Shown one piece after another: positions 42,254 to 52,517 of a DNA stretch of 64,000 bases. Below the pieces are notes generated by a model, which was not told the origin of the DNA, searched no databases, and saw nothing but the letters and a program-made list of their open reading frames with translations. Made by a program: the position numbers and the translations under genes. This stretch comes from Candidatus Woesearchaeota archaeon (GTDB lineage Archaea; Nanobdellota; Nanobdellia; Woesearchaeales; JABGXB01). Location of the stretch: contig JABGXB010000002.1 in assembly GCA_018675975.1 (NCBI GenBank), positions 124,001 through 188,000 on the forward strand, given 5' to 3'. Each line of letters begins with the position of its first letter. The first letter of the stretch is position 1.

Positions 42254-42550
42254 ATGACAGAGCAACAAGCAGACAATATAATCTATGTTGGTGCAAAAAG
42301 ATTTATGAATTATGTTACTGGTGTAGTAATGCAATTTACAAATGAAAATAATGCAGAAGTAATTGTAATGGCTAGGGGTAAACATATATCAAAAGCAGTT
42401 GACATTGCACAAGTAGCCGAAAAGAAATTCTTAAATGGACAAATTCATATTGAAAATGTAAAAATATCTTCAGAAGAATATGAAAATAAAGAAGGAAAAC
42501 AAGTAAGAGTTTCTACTATTGCTATAATATTAAAGCGTAATACTGAATAA
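42254..42550 (+). CDS. albA: DNA/RNA-binding protein Alba
   Basis: IYVGAK.FMNYV, ARG..ISKAVD, VSTI; GAGGAG SD. Confidence 0.95.
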   Translation: MTEQQADNIIYVGAKRFMNYVTGVVMQFTNENNAEVIVMARGKHISKAVDIAQVAEKKFLNGQIHIENVKISSEEYENKEGKQVRVSTIAIILKRNTE

Positions 42551-42616
42551 TTTTTTTAATTTTAACAATTTTTATAACTTATTCTTTTTATATTATTAAT
42601 ATTAGAAAATTAAATT

Positions 42617-42690
42617 GGCCCCATAGCATAATCTGGATAGTGTAGAAGGTTTCGACCCTTCTGGTCTGGGTTCGAATCCCAGTGGGGTCG
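42617..42690 (+). tRNA. tRNA-Arg(TCG); integration target
   Basis: GGCCCCA...GAAGG-TTTCGAC-CCTTC...CTGGG-TTCGAAT-CCCAG-TGGGGTC-G. Confidence 0.95.
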
Positions 42691-43589
42691 TTTATTCTTT
42701 ACATTCTATTAAGGAGAGAGTTAATGTTGGAGTAAAACGTACGTATAAATTTGACATAAATCATGCGTATAGTGTAGATATTGAACCCCTCAAATTAGGG
42801 AGATATAGGGAGTTTCTTGAATGGATATATACTCAAAATTATTCTAAAGATCATAACTCTCATTTAATATCTTATTTTAAAAAACACTGGGTGGGGAAGT
42901 TATTCAAAGATGTATTTTCTTTAAAAAAATTTATTTCCAAACAAACTAAAGGAGTGGAGTTCATAGTTAAATCAGCCAGGAGTTATTTAAATTATTTGGA
43001 AGAAACTAATCAAAATTCAAAAGAATATTTAGATAAATGGAGAGAGGTTCTAAAATATAAGAGACAATATCAAGATCATTATATTCCATCAGATGAAGAT
43101 GTAATGAAGAATTTTGAAATAATAAAATCTCACGATGTTCTTAAAATACTTTATTTAGTTTTAGCTACAAGTGGAATTAGATTAGTTGAAGCAATTGAGT
43201 TTTTGAAATCATATGAACAAGATAAGTTTACAGCTCATGATGGATTTGTTTCATACAATATTTCTTCAATAAGAGGAACTAAATGCACAAACAACATCTA
43301 TTTACCTTTGTGGGTCTACAAACAGCTTAAACACATAACAAATTCATATCAAAGTCTTAGGATGAGGGTTAATAAAAAAGGATGTATATTTCCTTTAAAA
43401 TATCTCAGAAAATGGCATTATAACATGATGTTATTTAATGGAGTTCCTGAATCAGTAGTGGATTTTATACAGGGAAGAACAAATAATTCAATTTCATCTA
43501 GACATTATTTGGGAAAGGTTCAACAAGCAAATTATTGGTTTTGCAAATTACTTGGATCTGAAATTAAAGTAATGAATGGTTTTGACTGA
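42627..43589 (+). pseudogene. int: SSV1-type tyrosine integrase, C-terminal fragment split by integration
   Basis: Frame is stop-free from 42627, inside the tRNA, with no ATG/GTG/TTG until 42891; catalytic SGIR, KYLR, QGR, HY. Confidence 0.8.
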
Positions 43590-44482
43590 GCTAATAATAA
43601 ATAGTCATTGGATAAGTATGTTTTATTTTTATTGAGTTTTTTTGAAATCTTATGTAAAAAAAATCTGAATTCTGCACTATATTTTTTTTTTGTAAAGACT
43701 TTTTGAATTATTTTAGGGTGATCATCATTTTTAGCTTTGTCAACATATTCTTTTGTCAATGAAATTTTGTGATTATAATAAAATTTATTTGCAGAATTAA
43801 AGAGAGGTGATTCATCAGTTTCTAAGTAAAGAAAATAAGAATCAATTTCAAACTCATATAAATTTATATCCGCTATTAATTTTTTTAATAAAATTATATT
43901 GTTTCTAAATAGATTGTTTAAATTTGGATAATTATTTTTATCTTTAATTTGATTTTTTACTAATTCAGAAATATTAACATATGTGGTTTGTTTTATTTTA
44001 TAATTTAATATTAACATTGTTTTTTTTATTAAACTACTTAATTTAATATCCTCTGTGTCTTTTTCGAATAATTGTTTTTTGTTTATTTTAGAATTTAATA
44101 AATCTATATTTGTTTCATTTATACCATGAATTCTAATTTGATCATCATATGCAGTCTTATCTTCTAAATTTATCATGTGTATATCCTTATATCTATAATT
44201 TGACAACAGAAGCTTATGTGAAACTTTTCTAGTAGATTGCTCATTTATTTTTATTATGGTATCCGCTTCTTGTTCATGATAGTACTTTTTTTCTACAGAA
44301 TTAATTACGATGTATTGATACAACAGCAATTTTTTTAATATTCTTTCAATTTGTTTTCTATTTGTATTTATTTTCTTTTCTATTTCACGAATTGTTACGC
44401 CTCTATGTCCATTTTTAGCAACGTAATCTAACACTTGTTGTGCATATTTCATTTTTTTTATTTGGTCATTAATTGATTTCAT
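43532..44482 (-). CDS. Hypothetical protein with N-terminal winged-helix domain (element regulator)
   Basis: VLDYV..GVTIREIEKKINTNRKQIERILKKL; divergent from the RHH gene. Confidence 0.6.
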   Translation of the reverse strand: MKSINDQIKKMKYAQQVLDYVAKNGHRGVTIREIEKKINTNRKQIERILKKLLLYQYIVINSVEKKYYHEQEADTIIKINEQSTRKVSHKLLLSNYRYKDIHMINLEDKTAYDDQIRIHGINETNIDLLNSKINKKQLFEKDTEDIKLSSLIKKTMLILNYKIKQTTYVNISELVKNQIKDKNNYPNLNNLFRNNIILLKKLIADINLYEFEIDSYFLYLETDESPLFNSANKFYYNHKISLTKEYVDKAKNDDHPKIIQKVFTKKKYSAEFRFFLHKISKKLNKNKTYLSNDYLLLAQSKPFITLISDPSNLQNQ

Positions 44483-44555
44483 ATTTGTCTTATTTGTCCT
44501 AAATATTTAAACCTTATGACGGCATATGATTCAATGTAACTATGAGGTAACACAG

Positions 44556-44717
44556 ATGACAAGAAAAATTTATTCAATAATATTTCCTGGTCAGTTGATC
44601 AAGGAAACAGAAAAAATACGGAAAATGTATGGAAGCTCATTTTCTAGCTTGGTAAGACTAGCATTAGAAAATTATGTGAAATACTTTACAGGAGGTAAAA
44701 AAAATGGACAAAAATGA
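44556..44717 (+). CDS. Ribbon-helix-helix (CopG-like) protein
   Basis: IYSIIFP..LI......SFSSLVRLALENY; GAGGT SD. Confidence 0.7.
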   Translation: MTRKIYSIIFPGQLIKETEKIRKMYGSSFSSLVRLALENYVKYFTGGKKNGQK

Positions 44718-45048
44718 TACATTGGATTGGCAAGCCTTTGGTAAGGAATTTGTAAAAATTTCTTCAGATGAACAGATTGACATGACATTGTCAAATTGGC
44801 AAACAATAACAAAAGATTATCAAGGTAAATCTACAGTTTATCTTGACTTTGATTGTATGGAAGAAAATGGTCTTCCTTGCAATAAAAAATATCAAACTTC
44901 ATCAAAAAGATTGGCAAGATTGTTTAAGCCTATTATTGAAGAAGCTAAAGAAAAAAATGAAACAACAATAAGAGTACGATTGTTAAAGATGGGTGAAGGC
45001 ATATCATCTAAATTTTCTTTAAATAGAATTTACTCTGGGGACAATTAG
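44704..45048 (+). CDS. Hypothetical element protein (possibly OB-fold ssDNA-binding)
   Basis: GGAGGT SD; beta-rich with TSSKRL and K.GEG....F motifs. Confidence 0.5.
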   Translation: MDKNDTLDWQAFGKEFVKISSDEQIDMTLSNWQTITKDYQGKSTVYLDFDCMEENGLPCNKKYQTSSKRLARLFKPIIEEAKEKNETTIRVRLLKMGEGISSKFSLNRIYSGDN

Positions 45049-45065
45049 TCCTTTTTATATTTAAA

Positions 45066-45509
45066 ATGAAACTAGTTGTAGATACCAGAGAACAAAAACC
45101 GTATTCAGATAAGTTCAATACTAGTATTTCTTTTGTATTTAAAACTCTTAGCACAGGAGACTATAGTATTGATGGGTATGAAAACAAGTTTGCTATTGAA
45201 AGAAAATCTAAGGACGATTTTATTTCATCAATAACTTATGATAGAAATCGGTTTGAAAAAGAGGTAAAGCGATCTAAAAATTTGGATTTTTTTGCAGTTT
45301 TAATTGATTGTGATTTTGCGGATTTTGCAAATAGAAATTATTATTCCCAACATGTTACTCCTAACCAGATTTTAGGGACTCTTTATGCTTGGTCAATAAA
45401 GTATAATATACATTTTCATTTTGTAGGATCGAGAACAAATGGAGCTTATGTAGTAGAAAAATTAGCATACAATTATTTAAAATATAGAGGTGCTGAGAGT
45501 GTCAACTGA
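45066..45509 (+). CDS. Stand-alone ERCC4/XPF-family nuclease domain
   Basis: VVDTREQ, TGDYS, IERKSKDD. Confidence 0.9.
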   Translation: MKLVVDTREQKPYSDKFNTSISFVFKTLSTGDYSIDGYENKFAIERKSKDDFISSITYDRNRFEKEVKRSKNLDFFAVLIDCDFADFANRNYYSQHVTPNQILGTLYAWSIKYNIHFHFVGSRTNGAYVVEKLAYNYLKYRGAESVN

Positions 45510-47589
45510 AGTTAATGTTTCCAATACTTCCAATGATTCCGATAATAGTAATTCTTTTTTTAATTTTTATTTTAAATTAAGAGATAGTGCTTTTAGTTTA
45601 GTTAATTTACAAGAAAAAGAATTTTATGAACCAGCTATAATTCAATTGATGTATGCATTGTTAGGTTTGCCATTAAGAAAATATCCAATTGTAATTGGAG
45701 ATGAAAAATATGGAACAAGAATGCACTGTTTAATTGCAATTCGAAGTGGTAATGGTAAAAATTCTTTTATACAAGCAATAAAAAAGTTTTGTGATAAATT
45801 TAATTATACTTATGCACCAATTGCTAGTCTTCATGAAGAACAATTAATTGGTAAATTAAAAATTAATGAAAAAAAGGAAACTTTTGAGTCACCTGGATAT
45901 TTTAGGTTTGATTTTATTGTGTTAAACGACAGCCTACTATTATTGAATGAGAAAAAATATGAAAAAATTAGAGAATATTTTATTAGAGGATGTGATGAAT
46001 CATTTTCAAATGAAATTATGAAAAAACAAGTTGATATGGCTGATAAAATAGGCTTACGATACAACCCTGAATTTGTTTGTTTTTTATTTGTTCAAGATAA
46101 ATTAATATTAAAATCTAACGTAGATACTGGTTTTGTTAGAAAAGTTCCAATGTTAGCAATTGATCCACCTACTGTAGACTATGATATGTTAATGTCTAGA
46201 ACTAAAAAACAAGATTCCAATAAATCTAATTTTATTTATAGCTTAACTGGAATGATTAGAAACATTGGAAACATAAAGTGGAATTTTGATGAAATGGATG
46301 AAATTAAAAAAAATATCACATTCTTATTAAAAAATAAATATATTTTTGGAACACCTTCTGGAGCATTAACTATTGATTCAAATAAAGCCACTAAAGGTGG
46401 TGGCATTGGAAGATTTTTTGAAAGTAAAGATAGAGAATTAACTGAAAATCAAATAAAAATATTGACATATTTAAAATTACATGAAGGAATTAGTAATACA
46501 TCACCAATGTCAGAAGAATTAGAACTTTCTGAAAATATTATTTTTAGCGCATTTAAAACTCTTAAAAATTTAAAACATATAAGACAATTAAGTAATGGAT
46601 TATATGTCATTTCAGGATTAAAAGGAGAAGAAAACATAAAATTAGAAAAATTAAAAGTATTTGATAATTTAAAAGATTACTTAATTGGAAGTCCAGATCA
46701 AATTGAAAATAAAACTAGTTTAATAAATCATTTAGCAGAGGAATTAAAACTCTCAAGAAGTATTATTAAATTTTATTTTAATCAAATTTTAACTGATAAA
46801 TTAATTTATAGAACAGAAAAACAAAATTATAAATTAAATACTGCTTTGCAACAAAATGAAACTAAAAATAAAGCAGTCATAGAGTATATATTAAATAATG
46901 GAAAAACCAAATTTATTAGTTTAAAACAAAGATTTCAAAATTTTGATATGTTAGTCCCATCACAAAACTATGGAATTGAACAAACAAATTTAGAAAAATA
47001 TTTAGAAGAAATGTGTATTGCAAATTTAATTTTCAAATATAATCAAGAAGAATATTTTATTTGCTCAAAAGGAGAAGCAAAAAAGGAATGTGTGAATGTA
47101 TTAAGATCTGCATTTCCACAAAAATTAAAAAATTATAATACACTTGAAAAAGTATTTGAAAATTCATTTTTAAAAAACGAATATTCATTTTTAGAATTTG
47201 AATCTGCAGTAAATCATTTAGTTCAAAATGGAGAATTATTTTATTTATATAATGGACTATATACTGGAAACAAAACCTTATGCTCAAGTGATGCATTAAC
47301 TAAAAATACAAATAAAATTAAAAAAACTCATATACAAATTGATAGTAAAAATTTACAATTTCAAGCATTAACTAAATTCCCAGGTTTAAATCAAATGTTA
47401 GAATTAGTATTAGCCAGGCCAAATCAAACAGCAAATTTTAAAGAATTAGAATTTTGCTATAATCAACATAAAAACAAAAGAGGCTATACATTTGATGAGG
47501 CCATTCGCTATCTTAAAGGATTAGAAATATTAAAATCCATTGGAATGGGGAATTTAACTATTAATCCTATATTAGTTAAAAACATATAG
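45490..47589 (+). CDS. P-loop ATPase (MCM/helicase-like N-half) fused to several wHTH-like repeats
   Basis: HCLIAIRSGNGKNS Walker A-like, LIG, PG; C-half has several helix-turn-helix-wing segments ending in GLY/YKL. Confidence 0.5.
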   Translation: MLRVSTEVNVSNTSNDSDNSNSFFNFYFKLRDSAFSLVNLQEKEFYEPAIIQLMYALLGLPLRKYPIVIGDEKYGTRMHCLIAIRSGNGKNSFIQAIKKFCDKFNYTYAPIASLHEEQLIGKLKINEKKETFESPGYFRFDFIVLNDSLLLLNEKKYEKIREYFIRGCDESFSNEIMKKQVDMADKIGLRYNPEFVCFLFVQDKLILKSNVDTGFVRKVPMLAIDPPTVDYDMLMSRTKKQDSNKSNFIYSLTGMIRNIGNIKWNFDEMDEIKKNITFLLKNKYIFGTPSGALTIDSNKATKGGGIGRFFESKDRELTENQIKILTYLKLHEGISNTSPMSEELELSENIIFSAFKTLKNLKHIRQLSNGLYVISGLKGEENIKLEKLKVFDNLKDYLIGSPDQIENKTSLINHLAEELKLSRSIIKFYFNQILTDKLIYRTEKQNYKLNTALQQNETKNKAVIEYILNNGKTKFISLKQRFQNFDMLVPSQNYGIEQTNLEKYLEEMCIANLIFKYNQEEYFICSKGEAKKECVNVLRSAFPQKLKNYNTLEKVFENSFLKNEYSFLEFESAVNHLVQNGELFYLYNGLYTGNKTLCSSDALTKNTNKIKKTHIQIDSKNLQFQALTKFPGLNQMLELVLARPNQTANFKELEFCYNQHKNKRGYTFDEAIRYLKGLEILKSIGMGNLTINPILVKNI

Positions 47590-47671
47590 AATTATTATAA
47601 ATAATTTTTAGATAATATGAATATATTACAATTTAATAAATTTTATAAAATAATGATAATATTTAACAAAA

Positions 47672-48082
47672 ATGGATTTTGAATTAGAAATAAGAAAATA
47701 TCAAAAAAGATTAATATTAAAACCAAATGATAATGAAATGGATTTTGATATACTAAGATCCACCCATCCAAAACACACACAAAAATTAGATTTTTCTTTT
47801 TTATCAAATATAATTTTACATGAAAGATATTCATTATTAATTTTACCCAAAAAAAAAATTAAACCATTTAAAAAAATGTTAATTTATTTATATAATTTAG
47901 ATGTTGAAAAAGAAAAAAAATCACATAATCGTGACGGATTTCAAATATCATATGGAATAATCAAATATACTTTGGGTTGTGAAGGATTGTATCAAGAAGG
48001 TATTAATTTTGTTCCTAGTAATTTAAGAAATGCAGTTTTCAAACAAGGAATTGAACTACTATTAACTCATAAATATCCATAA
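47672..48082 (+). CDS. Hypothetical protein
   Basis: 136-aa ORF with upstream TATA box. Confidence 0.5.
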   Translation: MDFELEIRKYQKRLILKPNDNEMDFDILRSTHPKHTQKLDFSFLSNIILHERYSLLILPKKKIKPFKKMLIYLYNLDVEKEKKSHNRDGFQISYGIIKYTLGCEGLYQEGINFVPSNLRNAVFKQGIELLLTHKYP

Positions 48083-48144
48083 AAATAATTATTTTTTCTA
48101 AATATTTTATTCATAAAGAAAATAAACAAATAGAGTTTAAAAAA

Positions 48145-48735
48145 TTATTTACGTAAATTATCTCTTGGATTATAATTAGACCAAGGAATTCCAATAAATA
48201 TATTATCACCACATTTAGAAAACTGATGATCTTCTAATTTAAAACCAGAATCTAAAACTTTTGGAATAATATTTCCCCTAAAAAAATCATTTACTGATTC
48301 AGCCCAAAGTAATTGTTCATGACCTAAACTATAAATAATATCTTCATAATATTTTAAATCTGGAATTTGTTTTAATTGTTCTCTTACTTCACGTATATCA
48401 ACTCTATCTAAAACTATTCTAGAATAACTAATAACAGGCCTTCCTTTACTCAATATTTTTTTACCATCATCATCAGTCAGATCACCAAGAGTACTCCTAA
48501 GCTCATAAGACATAACAAAAGAAGAAGGATCCATATTAACTCTAGAAAAATGCAAATTATTTCCAAGATGAATATTTAATCGTCTACCAGGTATTACACC
48601 AATATCTTCACATGCTTGTAAATATTCAGCTTTTTTATCTCTATTTTCATCTGTAATACTAGTAAATATGCCAGGTGCTTGATTATGTAATTCTTTTATT
48701 TCTGGTCGCATAAAATATGCATATAAATGTGCCAT
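48145..48735 (-). CDS. Hypothetical protein
   Basis: ATG 48735 preferred (TATA box about 25 nt upstream, avoids overlap with the divergent gene). Confidence 0.55.
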   Translation of the reverse strand: MAHLYAYFMRPEIKELHNQAPGIFTSITDENRDKKAEYLQACEDIGVIPGRRLNIHLGNNLHFSRVNMDPSSFVMSYELRSTLGDLTDDDGKKILSKGRPVISYSRIVLDRVDIREVREQLKQIPDLKYYEDIIYSLGHEQLLWAESVNDFFRGNIIPKVLDSGFKLEDHQFSKCGDNIFIGIPWSNYNPRDNLRK

Positions 48736-48785
48736 AATCACAAAATAAAAAAATAATTTATAAATCAGTTGGTAATAAATATCAT

Positions 48786-49541
48786 ATGTTAAAACATATA
48801 TTTTTAATCCTTTGTGGTGAAGATGAACATAAAAGACCAAGATCTTTAAAATTATTAAGACATATAAAAGAATTAAAATTAGATGAGAGTCAGTATAAAA
48901 TAATTGTAAGTGGACTTTCAAGCTTTAACCTACATCCACATATGCCAGAATATTTGTCATTATCAAGATTTTTAATTAATCATGAAATTAATCCAAATAA
49001 TATTATTGTAGAAAAAGAATCATTAGATACTTTAGGAAATATGGTTTTTTCCCATGATATAATTGTTAAATTATTAAAAACAAATTTTCAAAACAAACCA
49101 ATAACAATTTCATTAATTACTGAAAATTTTCATATGTCTAGGAGTAAAGAATTATTTTTAAAAATATTTAAAGATATTAAACATGAATTTAGAGTTGATT
49201 TTAATTATATTTCTGCAAATACTTTTGGACTCTCTAGTTATTATTTCCACAGAAAATTAAATGTTCTTTGTCAAAAATTTTTAAGAAAAAATAGACTAAA
49301 AGAAGATATAAAAGATTTATATGAAAAATCAGCATCACACTTTAAAAGAAATTTATTAGATTTTTTTTTAATGGATGTAATTTTAACTGATATTGATTTT
49401 TATAGATTACACACGATTTACGAATTCAAAGATTATTTATTTTCATTACCTGTTTATAATACAAAATATAATCCAATTCATAGAAAAAACATAAATTTTT
49501 CATTGTATGCCAAATTAATAAATTTACATATAAAAAAATAA
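48786..49541 (+). CDS. YdcF/DUF218-family protein
   Basis: IIVSG, EKESLDTLGN, LITENFHMSR. Confidence 0.85.
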   Translation: MLKHIFLILCGEDEHKRPRSLKLLRHIKELKLDESQYKIIVSGLSSFNLHPHMPEYLSLSRFLINHEINPNNIIVEKESLDTLGNMVFSHDIIVKLLKTNFQNKPITISLITENFHMSRSKELFLKIFKDIKHEFRVDFNYISANTFGLSSYYFHRKLNVLCQKFLRKNRLKEDIKDLYEKSASHFKRNLLDFFLMDVILTDIDFYRLHTIYEFKDYLFSLPVYNTKYNPIHRKNINFSLYAKLINLHIKK

Positions 49542-49548
49542 AAAAAAA

Positions 49549-49941
49549 TTATTCTTCTTTTAATGCTTGACTAAGTGCCATAAATAAAAGAGGAATGGCT
49601 GCTACAAATAAAAAGCCTGGAGGAGCTGCAGCAGGTGGTAATTGAAATGTTGTCAAAAGTTTTGGCATTGTTGCAATTATAGTAGATAATAAAAATACAG
49701 ATGCAATCCAAGCAGACCATTTTGTATATTTATTTACAAAAAATGAAATTGCTATTAAAACTTGCAAGATTCCTATAATCATAATCAATGTAGTTGAAAA
49801 TACAGTCCCATAAAACATTTTATATGCATTGTTTGCAAACCAATCAGATTGAGTTAATTTTAATAAACCAAATATAAAGAAAAATATACCCAGCCCAATT
49901 CTGATCATAAGTTGACTTGTTTTATTATCATTAAGTTTCAT
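49549..49941 (-). CDS. DoxX-family membrane protein
   Basis: RIGLGIFFFIFGLLK; four TM helices. Confidence 0.8.
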   Translation of the reverse strand: MKLNDNKTSQLMIRIGLGIFFFIFGLLKLTQSDWFANNAYKMFYGTVFSTTLIMIIGILQVLIAISFFVNKYTKWSAWIASVFLLSTIIATMPKLLTTFQLPPAAAPPGFLFVAAIPLLFMALSQALKEE

Positions 49942-50072
49942 ATTATAACCCCAATTTAGTTTTAATAATTATTTAAAAAATAAATTAAATAAACATTGCT
50001 TTGTATGTTCAAAATTAAATTTTAAACTAAAAACATAATTTAATAAGACAAAAAATCTATTTTTTATATAAA

Positions 50073-51407
50073 ATGACAATTAAAAAAAAATCAATCTCAA
50101 AATCAAATAAATCTAAACAAATAAAATCCAAAGAAAATTCTCTTTTTGATAGTGCTAAAATTAATTTTTTAAATGCTGCAAAATCATTAAAACTCGAACA
50201 AGATGTTATGAATATTTTATCAAATCCAAAAGAAATTTTACAAGTTAATATTCCAATTAAATTACACGATGGAAAAATAAAAATCTTTAAAGGATTTAGA
50301 GTACATTATAATGATACCTTAGGCCCAACTAAAGGAGGAATTAGATATCATCCAAATGTAAGTTTAAATGAAGTAGAGACATTATCATTTTGGATGACAT
50401 TTAAATGTTCAGTATTAAATTTACCTTTTGGAGGAGCAAAAGGCGGAATTATTGTTAATCCAAAAGAATTAAATCCAGATGAACTTGAAAAATTATCTCG
50501 TGGTTATATTAGAGCCATATATGATTTTATTGGACCTGATGTAGATATTCCTGCGCCAGATGTTTATACTAATCCTACAATAATGGGTTGGATGAATGAT
50601 GAATATAATAAAATTGCAAGAGCACATGTTCCTTCTATGATAACAGGTAAACCAGTTCATTTAATGGGAAGTAAAGGTAGAGATGATGCGACTGCACGTG
50701 GTGCGTATTATATAATAAAAGAATATGTAAAAAAATGGAAGAAAAAGCCAAGTGAAATTAAAGTTGCAGTTCAAGGTTTTGGTAATGCAGGATATCACAT
50801 TTCAAGACTATTACATAATGATGGATTCAAAATTGTTGCAGTTAGCGATTCCAAAGGAGGAGTATTTGTAAAAAAAGGAACTTTAGATCCAGAATCATTA
50901 TATAATTTTAAAAATAAAAATAAAACATTAAAAGCTGTTTATTGTAAAGAATCAATATGTAATATTGTAAAACATGAAAAAATAACTAATGAAGCTTTAT
51001 TAAAATTAAATGTAGATATATTAATTCCAGCAGCACTTGAAAATCAAATTACTAAAAATAATGTAAATCAAATTAAAGCAAAATTAATTTGTGAAATTGC
51101 AAATGGCCCTATTTCTCATGATGCACATGAATTTTTAATTAAAAAAAAAATCGAAGTTATACCAGATATTTTAGCAAATGCAGGTGGAGTTACAGTTAGT
51201 TATTTTGAATGGTTACAAAATAAAAGTGGAGATTATTGGGATTTAGAAAAAATTCACGAAGAATTAAAAACTAGAATCTTAAAATCATACAATGAAGTTG
51301 AATGTGCAGTTAAAAAATATAAAGTTGATATGAGGTCTGCAGCGTATATTGTAGGAGCAAGAAGACTATCTGAATCAATAGAAGCTAGAGGATCTAATCA
51401 TCTTTAG
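50073..51407 (+). CDS. gdhA: Glutamate dehydrogenase
   Basis: GPTKGGIRYHP, GGAKGG, DIPAPDV, VQGFGNAG, ANAGGV. Confidence 0.96.
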   Translation: MTIKKKSISKSNKSKQIKSKENSLFDSAKINFLNAAKSLKLEQDVMNILSNPKEILQVNIPIKLHDGKIKIFKGFRVHYNDTLGPTKGGIRYHPNVSLNEVETLSFWMTFKCSVLNLPFGGAKGGIIVNPKELNPDELEKLSRGYIRAIYDFIGPDVDIPAPDVYTNPTIMGWMNDEYNKIARAHVPSMITGKPVHLMGSKGRDDATARGAYYIIKEYVKKWKKKPSEIKVAVQGFGNAGYHISRLLHNDGFKIVAVSDSKGGVFVKKGTLDPESLYNFKNKNKTLKAVYCKESICNIVKHEKITNEALLKLNVDILIPAALENQITKNNVNQIKAKLICEIANGPISHDAHEFLIKKKIEVIPDILANAGGVTVSYFEWLQNKSGDYWDLEKIHEELKTRILKSYNEVECAVKKYKVDMRSAAYIVGARRLSESIEARGSNHL

Positions 51408-51536
51408 ATAAATATATTTTCAACTAAACTTCAATATACAATAAATAGTTATTTTTTATCAAAAACAAAAGAATATTAATTGATCACCAAAACGTGGTTC
51501 TATTTAATTTATATATCAAAAGTCAAATAAAAAATT

Positions 51537-52310
51537 ATGAATTTAAATAATACTTTTTATGAAAGAGATTTATTAATAAAAAGAAGTCCAAATTTTGAAG
51601 AGGACCATCAATATATTGTAATGGGAGATAAAACTTATACTTCAGTTACAGAATTATGTGAAAGATTTTTTGAAGAATTTAATGCAGATCAAATTATAGG
51701 TAAATTTTACAAAAGATGGCAATCAAATCGACATCATAAATATTATGAAATGAGTAAAACACAAATTAAAGAATTCTGGGAAAAAGAAAAAACAAATGGT
51801 GCCAAAAGAGGAAGCATATTTCACAGTAATATTGAAGATAATTTTAAAGAAATTGAAAGTTTAGAAAAACCTGATCCAGAACTATGGCAAGGTTTCTTAA
51901 ATTTTTTAGAGGATCACCCAGGAATAAAACCACAAAGATTAGAATGGGCTATTTTTGATGAAGACTTTAAAGTTGCTGGAAGTTTAGATGCTCTCATGAG
52001 TTATAATGGAAAATTAATTTTATTAGATTGGAAACAAAATAAAAATATAACTCAACAAGGTTTTAACGGAAAAAAAGCAAAATCACCCATACAACAGTTA
52101 GATCACTGTGATTTAACTAAATACCAAATACAAATAAATATATATAGACACATATTAGAAAGCAAATATGATATCCCTATCTCCGCTCAAGATATAGTTT
52201 GGTTTAATGCCAGTCACCAAAGAGGTTATAGAAAATTTGAAACACCAAGACTTGAAACAGAAATTAAATCAGTGCTTGAATGTAATAGAATAAAAAATTT
52301 AGAATTATAA
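51537..52310 (+). CDS. PD-(D/E)XK nuclease (phage exonuclease/Cas4-like fold)
   Basis: SVT, GS.FH..IE, E, AGSLD, LDWK, YQIQINIY. Confidence 0.8.
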   Translation: MNLNNTFYERDLLIKRSPNFEEDHQYIVMGDKTYTSVTELCERFFEEFNADQIIGKFYKRWQSNRHHKYYEMSKTQIKEFWEKEKTNGAKRGSIFHSNIEDNFKEIESLEKPDPELWQGFLNFLEDHPGIKPQRLEWAIFDEDFKVAGSLDALMSYNGKLILLDWKQNKNITQQGFNGKKAKSPIQQLDHCDLTKYQIQINIYRHILESKYDIPISAQDIVWFNASHQRGYRKFETPRLETEIKSVLECNRIKNLEL

Positions 52311-52322
52311 AAAAAAAAAAAA

Positions 52323-52517
52323 TTAAATTAGTTCACCAATTTCAACTTCATCATTTTCATCAACTAAAACACTATCAATTTCTTCAATAGTTGATTCATC
52401 AGTTAAATCCGTTTCACCTTCAGTTTCTATATTTTCTATTACATTAGATTCAGTAGAACTACATCCAGCTATAAAAAATATACCAATAATTAAAGTAATA
52501 ATTAATAATTGTTTCAT
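52323..52517 (-). CDS. Small acidic lipoprotein
   Basis: IAGC lipobox; D/E-rich tail ending VEIGELI. Confidence 0.7.
   Translation of the reverse strand: MKQLLIITLIIGIFFIAGCSSTESNVIENIETEGETDLTDESTIEEIDSVLVDENDEVEIGELI

Larger units (their letters stand above)
42650..47589 (+). mobile_element. Integrated plasmid/virus-like element at tRNA-Arg (distal boundary uncertain)
   Basis: tRNA, int(C), divergent wHTH and RHH regulators, ERCC4 nuclease, P-loop protein; second att copy not found. Confidence 0.7.
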
